Source: Chthoniobacteraceae bacterium (GTDB taxonomy: Bacteria > Verrucomicrobiota > Verrucomicrobiia > Chthoniobacterales > Chthoniobacteraceae). From it: DNA of 34,847 nt. The DNA is taken from assembly GCA_031409655.1 (NCBI GenBank), contig JANNXQ010000139.1:1-34847 (forward strand), given 5' to 3'. Under the pieces are notes generated by a model that was not told where the DNA came from, ran no database searches, and saw nothing but the letters and a program-made list of their open reading frames with translations. Positions 26,948 to 34,847 of the stretch are shown one piece after another (position 1 is the first letter of the stretch; every line of letters starts with the position of its first letter). Position numbers and translations under genes: made by a program.

Positions 26948-28333
26948 GTGAAATTCAATTGTCCTTCCTGCAGCATGCATCTGATGGCCGAGCCTGAAAT
27001 GGCCGGACAGGTCGTTAAATGTCCGGGTTGCAATGCCAAGATCCAGATTCCCGGAACCCCCCCCGAAGCGGAACAGCCGGCCCCGGGGGTGCCGCCGCCG
27101 AACCCCCCAAGACGGGGCAGCGTTGGAACAGAGGCCCGGTTTAATCCGACCGGCGATCCGCAGCGCAAGGCCTGGATCGAGGAAGATCCCACGAATCCGA
27201 ACGCGCGCGTCAGCTTCGGCATTGGCTTGGGGGTCACGATCGTCTGGTTTGCGATCATCTATTTCTTCCGAGCGTCGCCGACCAAGGTCTCCTCCGAGTT
27301 CAACGCTGGCGAGGTGCTCGCGAATCTCTTCTACAACCATTTCACGGTGAGTTTCGCAAATACGCTCTTCTTCTGCTGGGCGATCGCGATCTGTTTCCTC
27401 AAGTGGAAGAAACTGGAGCATCAGCGACAGGCAATGATTCTCGACGTACTGCCTATGGAAATCGGCAAGGAGATCAACGCCTCCAATGTCGGGCTCTTCA
27501 TCGATCACGTTTACCGGCTCCCATTTAACCTCCGTGACAGTTTGATGGTAAATCGCATTCGCAAGGCGCTCGAGTTCTTCGAAATACGGCAGAACGTCAC
27601 GGACGTGAGTGCGATGATGAATAGTCAGTCGGGGATCGACGGTTCGCGCATCATGGGCAGTTACATCATGATCCGGGCGTTTCTCTGGGCGATTCCCTTG
27701 CTCGGCTTTATCGGCACGGTCATCGGACTCTCGCAGGCGATCAGCGGCATGAGCTTCGCGAATGTGGAGGATGTCGGGAAGATCGTTGGCTCGATCAATA
27801 ACGTAACAAGCGGACTGGGTACGGCATTTGACGCCACGCTGCTCGGGTTGGTCTTCGCGGTCATCCTGAACTTTCCGCTCAACTCCCTCGCCAAACACGA
27901 GGAAGAAGCGCTCAACGACATCGACGCTTTTTGCAACGAAGTGCTGCTCCCGCGTCTGAACGACGGCGGTGGCGCGGCAGGCGGAGATCTCGGAGCCGTG
28001 GGGGATTCGGTGGTGCGGGCGATCGCCGGAGCCCAACGGGAGTTTCTCACCGATCTCAACGAACTCTCCGCGCGGCTGCTCGAATACACGAATAACATGG
28101 ACCGGCGCATCGAGATCCACCAGCAAGCGGCGATCACGCAGTTCGTCACGCACATGACCGCGATGCGCGGAGAGGTGGAGACGAGCATCAATGAATCAAT
28201 GCGCGTGGCCTCCCAGTATCTCGGCGGCCTGGAGTCTGGGATTCAGAGTCTCAATGCGGTGCTGGAGCAACTCGGTGAGAAGCAGGTGGTCATCCAGCAG
28301 GTGAAGAAGAAAGGCTGGTTCAGCCGCGAGTAA
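26948..28333 (+). CDS. MotA/TolQ/ExbB-family channel protein with N-terminal zinc ribbon and long C-terminal tail
   Basis: GTG start; CPSC...CPGC; Pro-rich linker; two N-terminal TM segments; WAIPLLGFIGTVIGL...GLGTAFDATLLGL signature; helical tail ending KKKGWFSRE. Confidence 0.9.
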   Translation: MKFNCPSCSMHLMAEPEMAGQVVKCPGCNAKIQIPGTPPEAEQPAPGVPPPNPPRRGSVGTEARFNPTGDPQRKAWIEEDPTNPNARVSFGIGLGVTIVWFAIIYFFRASPTKVSSEFNAGEVLANLFYNHFTVSFANTLFFCWAIAICFLKWKKLEHQRQAMILDVLPMEIGKEINASNVGLFIDHVYRLPFNLRDSLMVNRIRKALEFFEIRQNVTDVSAMMNSQSGIDGSRIMGSYIMIRAFLWAIPLLGFIGTVIGLSQAISGMSFANVEDVGKIVGSINNVTSGLGTAFDATLLGLVFAVILNFPLNSLAKHEEEALNDIDAFCNEVLLPRLNDGGGAAGGDLGAVGDSVVRAIAGAQREFLTDLNELSARLLEYTNNMDRRIEIHQQAAITQFVTHMTAMRGEVETSINESMRVASQYLGGLESGIQSLNAVLEQLGEKQVVIQQVKKKGWFSRE

Positions 28334-28371
28334 CTCGGCGGGAGCACTGAACTTTCGGAGCCCTCCGCCAC

Positions 28372-29334
28372 ATGGCCAGAAAACGCGCTCACCGGACGGA
28401 CGAGATCATGTTGATCCCGTTTCTGGACATCCTGTGCTCGTTGATCGGAGTGCTGGTGCTGATCATCGTGGTGCTCGTGGTGGCCCAGACGCAAAAGATC
28501 AATGGACGCACGCCGGAAGAGCTGCAGCGAGCCACCGATCACCTGAAGTTGCTCAAGCTGCAAAAGGAGAACGAAAAGGTGAGCGCAATCGTGGAGGACA
28601 AGACGGAGCTGCTTGAAAAACTAAAGGAACAGGCCAAGGAAAAAGCCGAACAGTTGGCGAAATTGCGGAAGTTGCTCGATACCTCGGCGGCGGCGCGGGA
28701 GAAGAACCTGGAGCTAAGTCAGAACCTCCTCAAGGAACTGGATAACCTGCTCCTCGAAATCAACGGCCTCAATACTCAGGAACCACCCTTAAAGAAAGAG
28801 ATCGCGGCGCTGGAGGCGGAGATCAAGCAGCGGAAACCGCCCGTGGTGAAAGGGCCGGCGGTGGTGGTGCAGCCGGGGGGATCCGGCCTGGCAAAAGGGA
28901 CGAGAGTGTTTTTCGTCGAAGCCTCTGCGGGGAAGCTGACGTTTTACTGGGACGAAAAGACGAAGACCGCGGTGAGCGCGGTGGCTGATGTGATCGCCGC
29001 AGACGTTGCTTTCAATGCCTTCCTCAGGGGCGTGCTGACCGTGCCGCAGAGTAAAATCATCTTCCTGCTCCGGGAGGATGGCATGGGGGCCTTTAACCTT
29101 GGTGCCGGTTGGGCGCAGGCGACTTATGGTTACAAGGTCGAGCAGATCGGTCGTTTGCCGATCCCGGGGCGCGGAGAGATTGATCTCAAGATGTTCAGCG
29201 AGTTTCTCGGCGCAATGGCGCCTCCGCCGGAAGCCATCGCTCCGCCCCAGGCGACCCCGACTCCGGGCGCGCCAAAGACAACCCCGGCTCCCGGAAAGCC
29301 GGCCGCGATTCCAGCTCTGCCGCCCAAAGCATAA
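28372..29334 (+). CDS. ExbD/TolR-like single-TM protein with long coiled coil (paralog 1)
   Basis: MARKR...EIMLIPFLDILCSLIGVLVLIIVV (Asp in TM), E/K/L-rich heptad region, C-domain with IIFLLREDG, Pro-rich tail. Confidence 0.75.
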   Translation: MARKRAHRTDEIMLIPFLDILCSLIGVLVLIIVVLVVAQTQKINGRTPEELQRATDHLKLLKLQKENEKVSAIVEDKTELLEKLKEQAKEKAEQLAKLRKLLDTSAAAREKNLELSQNLLKELDNLLLEINGLNTQEPPLKKEIAALEAEIKQRKPPVVKGPAVVVQPGGSGLAKGTRVFFVEASAGKLTFYWDEKTKTAVSAVADVIAADVAFNAFLRGVLTVPQSKIIFLLREDGMGAFNLGAGWAQATYGYKVEQIGRLPIPGRGEIDLKMFSEFLGAMAPPPEAIAPPQATPTPGAPKTTPAPGKPAAIPALPPKA

Positions 29335-29342
29335 CCTGACCC

Positions 29343-30491
29343 ATGGCACGCCGCGCCAAGCCTCACGAAGAAGAACTGCCGTTTGTCGCTTTGATGGACA
29401 CGATGACGAACGTCGTCGGGGTGCTGATCATCGTGCTCGTGATGATCGGTATCGGGCTCGCGAAGTCCGTGCGCAAAGTGCTCTCCGATCTCCCGCCGGT
29501 GCCGATCGAAGAGCACGAGAAGCTTAAGAAGGAGGTCGAAAAACTCCAGCCGAAGAAGGATCCGAAGGAAGTGGAGGACGAGACCAAAATACTGGAGCAG
29601 GAACTCAAGAAATCGACGGAGGAGCTGCAGACGATGGAAGTCTCGAAGGACCAGCAAAAGATCAAGATCGTGGATCTCGACGACTTGCAAAAGCAGCTCG
29701 AGACGCGGAAGAAAGAGCGCGAGACGAAGAAGGCGGCGGTGGATCGGTTACTCGCCGAACTCGACAAGATGAAAGCCCAGCTCGACACCACGCCGGTGTA
29801 TCAGCCGCCGCCAGCGACGATCGTAAAGCTGCCGAATCCGCGACCGATGCCGGATAAGGCCGAAGTGCAGCACTTTCTCGTGATCGGCGGACGCGTGATT
29901 TACACCAATGATGAGCAATTCAACGATCTCGTGGAGGCCGAGCTGAAGAAGAGTGAGTCCGCGCTCGCCATCAGCCGCGAGACGGTCAAAGGGCCGGATG
30001 GCAAGCCGGTGATGGTGAAGGATAAGTCCGGCCGTTCGTCGCCCCAGCGGAAGATTGTCTTCGATCCGAAGAAACTCACCGATCACTTTGCGCGACTGCG
30101 TCTCGGCAGCCGGGAGATCAAAGTGGAGGTGGTGCCTTCTCCTGCATCGCCACGCATCCCGATCAAACTGACGCCCTTGCCAAACGCGGGCGAAACGCCT
30201 GAGCAGACGAAGAATCTCGTGTCCGTCTTTCAAACGCTGGTGCGCAAATTCAAAGCCAATCCCAAGGCGGTCATTTGGTTCCATGTTTATAAGGACTCGC
30301 TGCCGACTTACCTTGCGGTCCGCGATATTGCGGACCAACTCGGGGTGCCGGTTGGTTGGGACATTTACGGGAGCCCGGCTTATGTGCGCAACTTACCGGC
30401 GGAGTACTCAGTGCCGGTCACCGCGCCGGCCAAGCCTGCGGCTGACCCTGGTCGGGTAATCATCGCGCCTCCGAAGACGACTCTGGACTGA
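29343..30491 (+). CDS. ExbD/TolR-like single-TM protein with long coiled coil (paralog 2)
   Basis: MARRAK...ELPFVALMDTMTNVVGVLIIV (Asp in TM), coiled coil, C-domain IWFHVYKDS..TYLAVRDIADQLGVPVGW resembling the ExbD periplasmic fold. Confidence 0.75.
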   Translation: MARRAKPHEEELPFVALMDTMTNVVGVLIIVLVMIGIGLAKSVRKVLSDLPPVPIEEHEKLKKEVEKLQPKKDPKEVEDETKILEQELKKSTEELQTMEVSKDQQKIKIVDLDDLQKQLETRKKERETKKAAVDRLLAELDKMKAQLDTTPVYQPPPATIVKLPNPRPMPDKAEVQHFLVIGGRVIYTNDEQFNDLVEAELKKSESALAISRETVKGPDGKPVMVKDKSGRSSPQRKIVFDPKKLTDHFARLRLGSREIKVEVVPSPASPRIPIKLTPLPNAGETPEQTKNLVSVFQTLVRKFKANPKAVIWFHVYKDSLPTYLAVRDIADQLGVPVGWDIYGSPAYVRNLPAEYSVPVTAPAKPAADPGRVIIAPPKTTLD

Positions 30492-30507
30492 GGGGGGCGC
30501 TCCGGCG

Positions 30508-30824
30508 TCAGGCGGGTGGGGGGTGAATCTCCAGACGCGGTCCCAGCGGGTCCACTCGGGCACGGAAAGGTTGCCTTTGGAATCCACGGTCAGCGCATGC
30601 GGGGTGAAAAATTTGGCGGCATGGGGCGCGGCTCCTTCGGCGACTGGCGGTTTCTTGGGGGCTCTTCCATAGCCGAACCGGGCCACGGGCTGATCTTTGT
30701 TGGCAATGATGGCGACGAGTGCGCCGAGTTCGGGGATAGAGAGATGGCCAGTGTGCGGGGAGAAGGAGCAGGGCTTGCGGGCGAAATCACCGCTGATGAT
30801 ACGGTGGCTGGGAATTTCTCCCAT
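30508..30824 (-). pseudogene. C-terminal remnant of an NHL-repeat beta-propeller protein
   Basis: RKPCSF...LSIPEL...KFFTPHALTVDSKGNLSVPEW...RVWRF; degenerate; TGA at 30508-30510 is out of frame beside a G-run. Confidence 0.6.
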
Positions 30825-30945
30825 TTTTTCCTTTTTGCGGAGCGTCCGCCGACCTAAAACCAGCATCCCTTCGCGGCTCCAGTTGGATGGTCACCATCCG
30901 CCGGCGCCGGTTGTTCAACCCACCTCACCACACGAAAAACACACC

Positions 30946-31389
30946 ATGAGCAATTACATTCCCATGATCAGTTCCGGCGTCGCCGGTCCTCTCGGAGTCA
31001 TCCATCTTCCACGCCTCTGGCAGAAAGCTTCGCTCGAAGCCTGCGGCAAGCTGCACGCCGACTACCCCGGGATCGGCAAAGGTTACGACAGCATGGTGCT
31101 GGCGGCCCTTGGTCTGAACGAAGCCGCCGTGCGCGAATTCATCAAGAGCAAGAAGCCGAGCTACACGCAGTTTGAAGCGTGGATCAAGACGCAGCCGGGC
31201 GTGAAGCTCGACAAGGCGAGCGTTTACAAGAACAACGCGGCGATCCGCGGTTACATCCACGACGACGCGACCCGCAAGGGCATCCTCGCCGCCTCTGGCA
31301 TGGCCGACGACGGTTCGTGCAGCCCCGGCGCCGTCGATCTCAACAATCTCGACGACTGGGCGACCTTCCATAAGGAAGTCCTCAGCTAA
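30946..31389 (+). CDS. DUF5069-like hypothetical protein
   Basis: ATG 30946; GVIHLPRLWQKA...GKLHADY...GYDSMVLAALGL...LDDW pattern; strong C/G third-position bias. Confidence 0.75.
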   Translation: MSNYIPMISSGVAGPLGVIHLPRLWQKASLEACGKLHADYPGIGKGYDSMVLAALGLNEAAVREFIKSKKPSYTQFEAWIKTQPGVKLDKASVYKNNAAIRGYIHDDATRKGILAASGMADDGSCSPGAVDLNNLDDWATFHKEVLS

Positions 31390-31467
31390 GCGTCCGACCT
31401 TCCGCTTTGACTGGTGCGCGCCACCCCCGGGGGAGGCGCGCACTGGGTCGGCGGGGTGGGTGAAAGT

Positions 31468-31560
31468 AAATGGTGATTGGTGATAGGTGGATGGAAGAAG
31501 CATCCCTTTCGATCACCGAGCAGCTCCATCGATTCACCATCCACTGATCTCGATTCCCAA
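31468..31560. repeat. Degenerate 7-bp repeats with inverted counterpart
   Basis: AAATGGT GATTGGT GATAGGT GGATGGA (31468-31495); GTGGATGG pairs with CCATCCAC (31537-31544). Confidence 0.55.
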
Positions 31561-31567
31561 TCCTCCC

Positions 31568-32380
31568 ATGCCAATCCCTCTCGAAGACACTTTTGCTGAC
31601 ATCGTCGGCAAAGCGATGCGCGGCCAAAAACTCGCGGATGGCGACGTGGCTGCGCGCGCCTCGGTGACTGCCGAGGCGGTGGAAAGCCTGCGCGACGGTA
31701 ACTTTGACGAAGCGACCGCGCGGGCCGTGGCACCGGTGCTCGGCCTCGGCGCTGCGCAGCTCGTGGCTGCCGGCAAGAAGACGTGGTCTCCGCAGCCCAT
31801 CGAGGTCGCGGGGCTCGCGTGCTTCAATACCCTCTTCGAAGACATGACGGTGAATAGCTACGTCGCTTGGGACGCCGCGAGTCGGGAGGCTGTGGCCTTT
31901 GACACGGGTGCGGATGGCAGCGGCGTGCTCGCGCTTCTCGAACAGGAGAAGCTCACGCTAAAACTCATCCTGCTCACTCACACGCACGGCGATCACATTT
32001 TCGATCTGGATCGTCTCCGGGAAAAGACCGGCGCGCCGGCATTCGTCGGAGACCGCGAGTCCGTCGAGGGCGCGGCGAAATTCGCCGCCGGTCGCACCTT
32101 CAACTGCGGCAAGCTCCGCATCGAGTCGCGGCTCACATGGGGCCATTCGCCTGGCGGCATCACCTTCGTGATCTCCGGGCTTTCGCGTCCCGTTGCCGTC
32201 GTCGGTGATGCCGTCTTTGCGGGTTCGATGGGCGGCGGCGCGATTTCGTATTCCGACGCCCTCGCGACCAATCGCCAGGAAATCCTCAGCCTTCCGGATG
32301 ACACCGTGCTCTGTCCCGGCCACGGCCCGCTGACCACCGTCGGCGAGCAGAAGCAGCACAACCCATTTTTCACCGCTTAA
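31568..32380 (+). CDS. MBL-fold metallo-hydrolase with N-terminal HTH-like extension
   Basis: LTHTHGDH, GHSPGG, VGDAVFAGSMG, LCPGHGPLTTVGEQKQHNPFF; start at ATG 31568. Confidence 0.92.
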   Translation: MPIPLEDTFADIVGKAMRGQKLADGDVAARASVTAEAVESLRDGNFDEATARAVAPVLGLGAAQLVAAGKKTWSPQPIEVAGLACFNTLFEDMTVNSYVAWDAASREAVAFDTGADGSGVLALLEQEKLTLKLILLTHTHGDHIFDLDRLREKTGAPAFVGDRESVEGAAKFAAGRTFNCGKLRIESRLTWGHSPGGITFVISGLSRPVAVVGDAVFAGSMGGGAISYSDALATNRQEILSLPDDTVLCPGHGPLTTVGEQKQHNPFFTA

Positions 32381-32397
32381 ACTCTCCCCTCATCTCT

Positions 32398-33300
32398 ATG
32401 TCTCAAAAAATTGGATTCGTTGGCGTCGGTCGTATGGGTGCGAATATGGCGCGCCGACTCAAGCAATGCGGGTACAAAGTCACCGCGGTCTATGACGTGA
32501 ACCGCAAAGGCGCGGCGGAAATTGCCAAAGAGATCGGCGCCGAAGCCTGCACGAAGCTGGCCCGCGTGACCGAACTCAGCGACGTCGTGATCACCGTAGT
32601 CACCGATGACAAGGCCCAGCTCGCGATTTTCACCAATAAGAAGGACAGCCTGCTCACGGGCGCGAAAGGCCGCGCTTTCATCAACTGCGCGACCATTTCT
32701 CCGAAGACCCATGTGCAGGTCGAGAAGCTGGCGAAGAAGGCGGGCGCCGCGAGCCTCGAGGCCTGCATGGCGTCGTCCATCAATCAAGCCCTCGCTGGCA
32801 CGCTCTATCTGATGTGCGGGGGCGAGAAGGCGGTCTTCGACAAACTCAAGCCGCTGCTCACGAAACTTTCCGACGAAGGGAAGCTGCTCCGGTACATCGG
32901 CAAAGCCGGGCAGGCCGCGCAGGTGAAGGCGCTGGTGAACATGGTCATGAACATCAACACCGCTGGGCTTGCCGAGGGTCTCGGCCTTGGCGCGGCGCTG
33001 AAGCTGGACCTCAAGACGCTGATGGAAGTCTTCTCGCAGACCGGCGCAAATAGCCGGGTGCTCGCGACCGACGGTGAAGACATGGTCAATCGCGACCACT
33101 CCTGCTTCTTCAGCGGCGCGCATGCTGCGAAAGACAGCGGCATCGCCCTCAAGCTTGCCAAGGAGCAGAAGCTCAATCTTCCGCTCGCTGCGGCCAGCTT
33201 CGCGCAATTCACGAAGATGACGAAGCTGGGCTTCGGCGGCCTCGACAAGAGCGGGATCGCGGAGCTGACCTTCAAAGGGCGCGGGAAGAAAGGGAAGTAA
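32398..33300 (+). CDS. NAD(P)-dependent beta-hydroxyacid dehydrogenase (3-hydroxyisobutyrate dehydrogenase family)
   Basis: IGFVGVGRMGANMARRL, INCATISP, GTLYLMCGG, VKALVN (catalytic Lys region), KDSGIA. Confidence 0.9.
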   Translation: MSQKIGFVGVGRMGANMARRLKQCGYKVTAVYDVNRKGAAEIAKEIGAEACTKLARVTELSDVVITVVTDDKAQLAIFTNKKDSLLTGAKGRAFINCATISPKTHVQVEKLAKKAGAASLEACMASSINQALAGTLYLMCGGEKAVFDKLKPLLTKLSDEGKLLRYIGKAGQAAQVKALVNMVMNINTAGLAEGLGLGAALKLDLKTLMEVFSQTGANSRVLATDGEDMVNRDHSCFFSGAHAAKDSGIALKLAKEQKLNLPLAAASFAQFTKMTKLGFGGLDKSGIAELTFKGRGKKGK

Positions 33301-33455
33301 GCGGAAGGCAGCGCGGTGCCCGGCTGGAAACGGACGGCGATGCCGGGTGGCAAATCGCGCCTTCAGTCTGGAGCGGGATTGCCCGTCGGGGTGAACCGGG
33401 GCGAAACTTCTCCGCCCGCTCGGCGTTGACTGTTACTCCCCGTCCAATCCTCACC

Positions 33456-34814
33456 ATGAACCGTCTCCTCCCTCTTTACCTTTGCCTCGCACTTTCCATC
33501 GCCGCTGACGCTGCAGAGGCCCGGCGCCCAAACATCCTCGTCATCCTCGCCGACGACCTCGGCTACGGTGAACTCGGCTGCCAGGGCTTCACGAAGGAAA
33601 TCCCCACCCCGCACGTGGATTCGATCGCGGCGAATGGCGTGCGTTTCACCAGCGGCTACGTGAGTGGTCCCTATTGCTCGCCGACGCGCGCCGGTTTCAT
33701 GACCGGCCGCTACCAGAACCGCTTCGGCCACGAATTTAATCCCGGCCCAGGGCCGAGCGCGCCGGGCATCGGGCTCTCGCTCAAGGAGACGACCATCGGT
33801 GATCGGATGAAAGCGGCGGGTTACGTCACCGGCTGGTTCGGCAAATCGCACCTCGGCTACGAGCCTGAGTATCATCCGCTCAAGCGCGGCTTCGACGAGT
33901 TTTACGGCTTCCTCGGAGGTGCGCGCAGTTACTTCGATGCGGCGAATGACCGCAGCCCGATGCTGCGCGGGATCGAGCCTGCGGGGAAGTTCGACTACAC
34001 CACCGACGCCCTCGCCGCGGAGACGGTCGCCTTTGTCGAGAAACACCGGAACGCTCCGTGGTTTGCCTACCTCGCATTCAATGCTGTCCACTCGCCGATG
34101 GAGGCGTCGGAGAAATATCTCAGCCGCTTTGCCAAGATCACCGACAAGAAACGCAAGAACTTCGCCGGAATGCTCTCCGCGATGGATGATGGCATCGGTG
34201 CCGTGCTCGGCAAGATCCGCGAACTCGGGCAGGAGGAAAACACGCTCATCTTTTTCTTCTGCGACAACGGCGGACCGACGGCGAACAACACCGCGGGCAA
34301 CGGCCCGCTCCGCGGCTTCAAGGCACAGACCTGGGAGGGTGGCGTCCGCGTCCCGTGGATGATGCAGTGGAAGGGTCGCATCCCGGCCGGGAAAGTGGAC
34401 GACCGGCCAGTCATCCAACTCGACATCCATCCCACCGCGCTCGCCGCTGCCGGCGTGGAGGTGAAGACGGAATGGAAGCTCGACGGCGTGAACTTGCTGC
34501 CCTTCCTCACCGGCGAAAAATCCGGCGCGCCGCATGAGGCGCTCTATTGGCGCTTTGGCCAGCAGATTGCCGTGCGCATGGGCGACTGGAAGTTCGTGAA
34601 GGCCACGGGCAACGCGACCATGGAGCGCGGCGGCGCGGCCAGCGTCGAAGGGGCCGAACTTTACAACCTCGCGAAGGACCTTGGCGAAAAGGAAAACCTC
34701 GCGAGCAAGGAGCCGGAGAAATTCAAAGAACTCGCGGCCGCGTGGGAAAAATGGAACGCCGGGAATGTCGAACCGACCTGGACCGGCCCCGCCCGCGCAA
34801 AGAAAGGGAAGTAG
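33456..34814 (+). CDS. Secreted formylglycine-dependent (Cys-type) sulfatase
   Basis: Signal peptide; PNILVILADDLG, CSPTRAGFMTGRY (CxPxR), GKSHLG, AVHSP, DNGG, EGGVRVP, ELYNL motifs. Confidence 0.95.
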   Translation: MNRLLPLYLCLALSIAADAAEARRPNILVILADDLGYGELGCQGFTKEIPTPHVDSIAANGVRFTSGYVSGPYCSPTRAGFMTGRYQNRFGHEFNPGPGPSAPGIGLSLKETTIGDRMKAAGYVTGWFGKSHLGYEPEYHPLKRGFDEFYGFLGGARSYFDAANDRSPMLRGIEPAGKFDYTTDALAAETVAFVEKHRNAPWFAYLAFNAVHSPMEASEKYLSRFAKITDKKRKNFAGMLSAMDDGIGAVLGKIRELGQEENTLIFFFCDNGGPTANNTAGNGPLRGFKAQTWEGGVRVPWMMQWKGRIPAGKVDDRPVIQLDIHPTALAAAGVEVKTEWKLDGVNLLPFLTGEKSGAPHEALYWRFGQQIAVRMGDWKFVKATGNATMERGGAASVEGAELYNLAKDLGEKENLASKEPEKFKELAAAWEKWNAGNVEPTWTGPARAKKGK

Positions 34815-34847
34815 CCAAGGAGCAGGGGCGCCCCCGCCCCGTGTTGC
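34815..34847 (+). repeat. REP-like repeat, copy of 14643-14675
   Basis: 28/33 nt identity; immediately after the sulfatase stop codon; runs to the window edge. Confidence 0.7.

Noticed and set aside
26948..30491. Calling the motor operon Zorya, flagellar MotAB or Tol-Pal
   Set aside because: No OmpA-like domain, no zorC/D/E, flagellar, tolA/tolB/pal or tonB genes in the window.
31413..31444. Palindrome GGTGCGCGCC...GGCGCGCACT as a terminator
   Set aside because: Strong hairpin but no T-tract; function cannot be assigned.
33301..33455. Possible structured RNA or riboswitch before the sulfatase
   Set aside because: Only short GC pairings expected by chance; no recognisable motif.

Overview
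GC-rich bacterial window, probably Verrucomicrobiota (inferred from the PEP-CTERM giant protein, PVC-style secreted enzymes, DUF5069-like gene and SD-less starts). The left part is the rpmI-rplT-pheS...pheT cluster, split by an antisense 10-kb gene for a 3,321-aa PATR-repeat/PEP-CTERM surface protein. pheT is followed by REP-like repeats and a 6S RNA with terminator that the ORF track cannot show. The middle holds secreted PQQ-propeller, beta-sandwich and serine-hydrolase genes, a TPR/GT41 glycosyltransferase and a Tat-exported Gfo/Idh/MocA oxidoreductase. It also holds a decaying sugar-catabolism operon: glycosidase-like, sialidase-like and HpcH aldolase genes are intact, while Gfo/Idh/MocA, SDR and Kelch genes are remnants. 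On the right is the best candidate for an undescribed system, a three-gene ion-motor-like operon: a zinc-ribbon MotA/TolQ/ExbB protein with a long tail plus two different coiled-coil ExbD-like proteins, with no TonB/TolA in the window. The window ends with an NHL-repeat remnant, DUF5069-like, HTH-MBL hydrolase, beta-hydroxyacid dehydrogenase and sulfatase genes. All calls come from motif recognition by eye; no searches were run.
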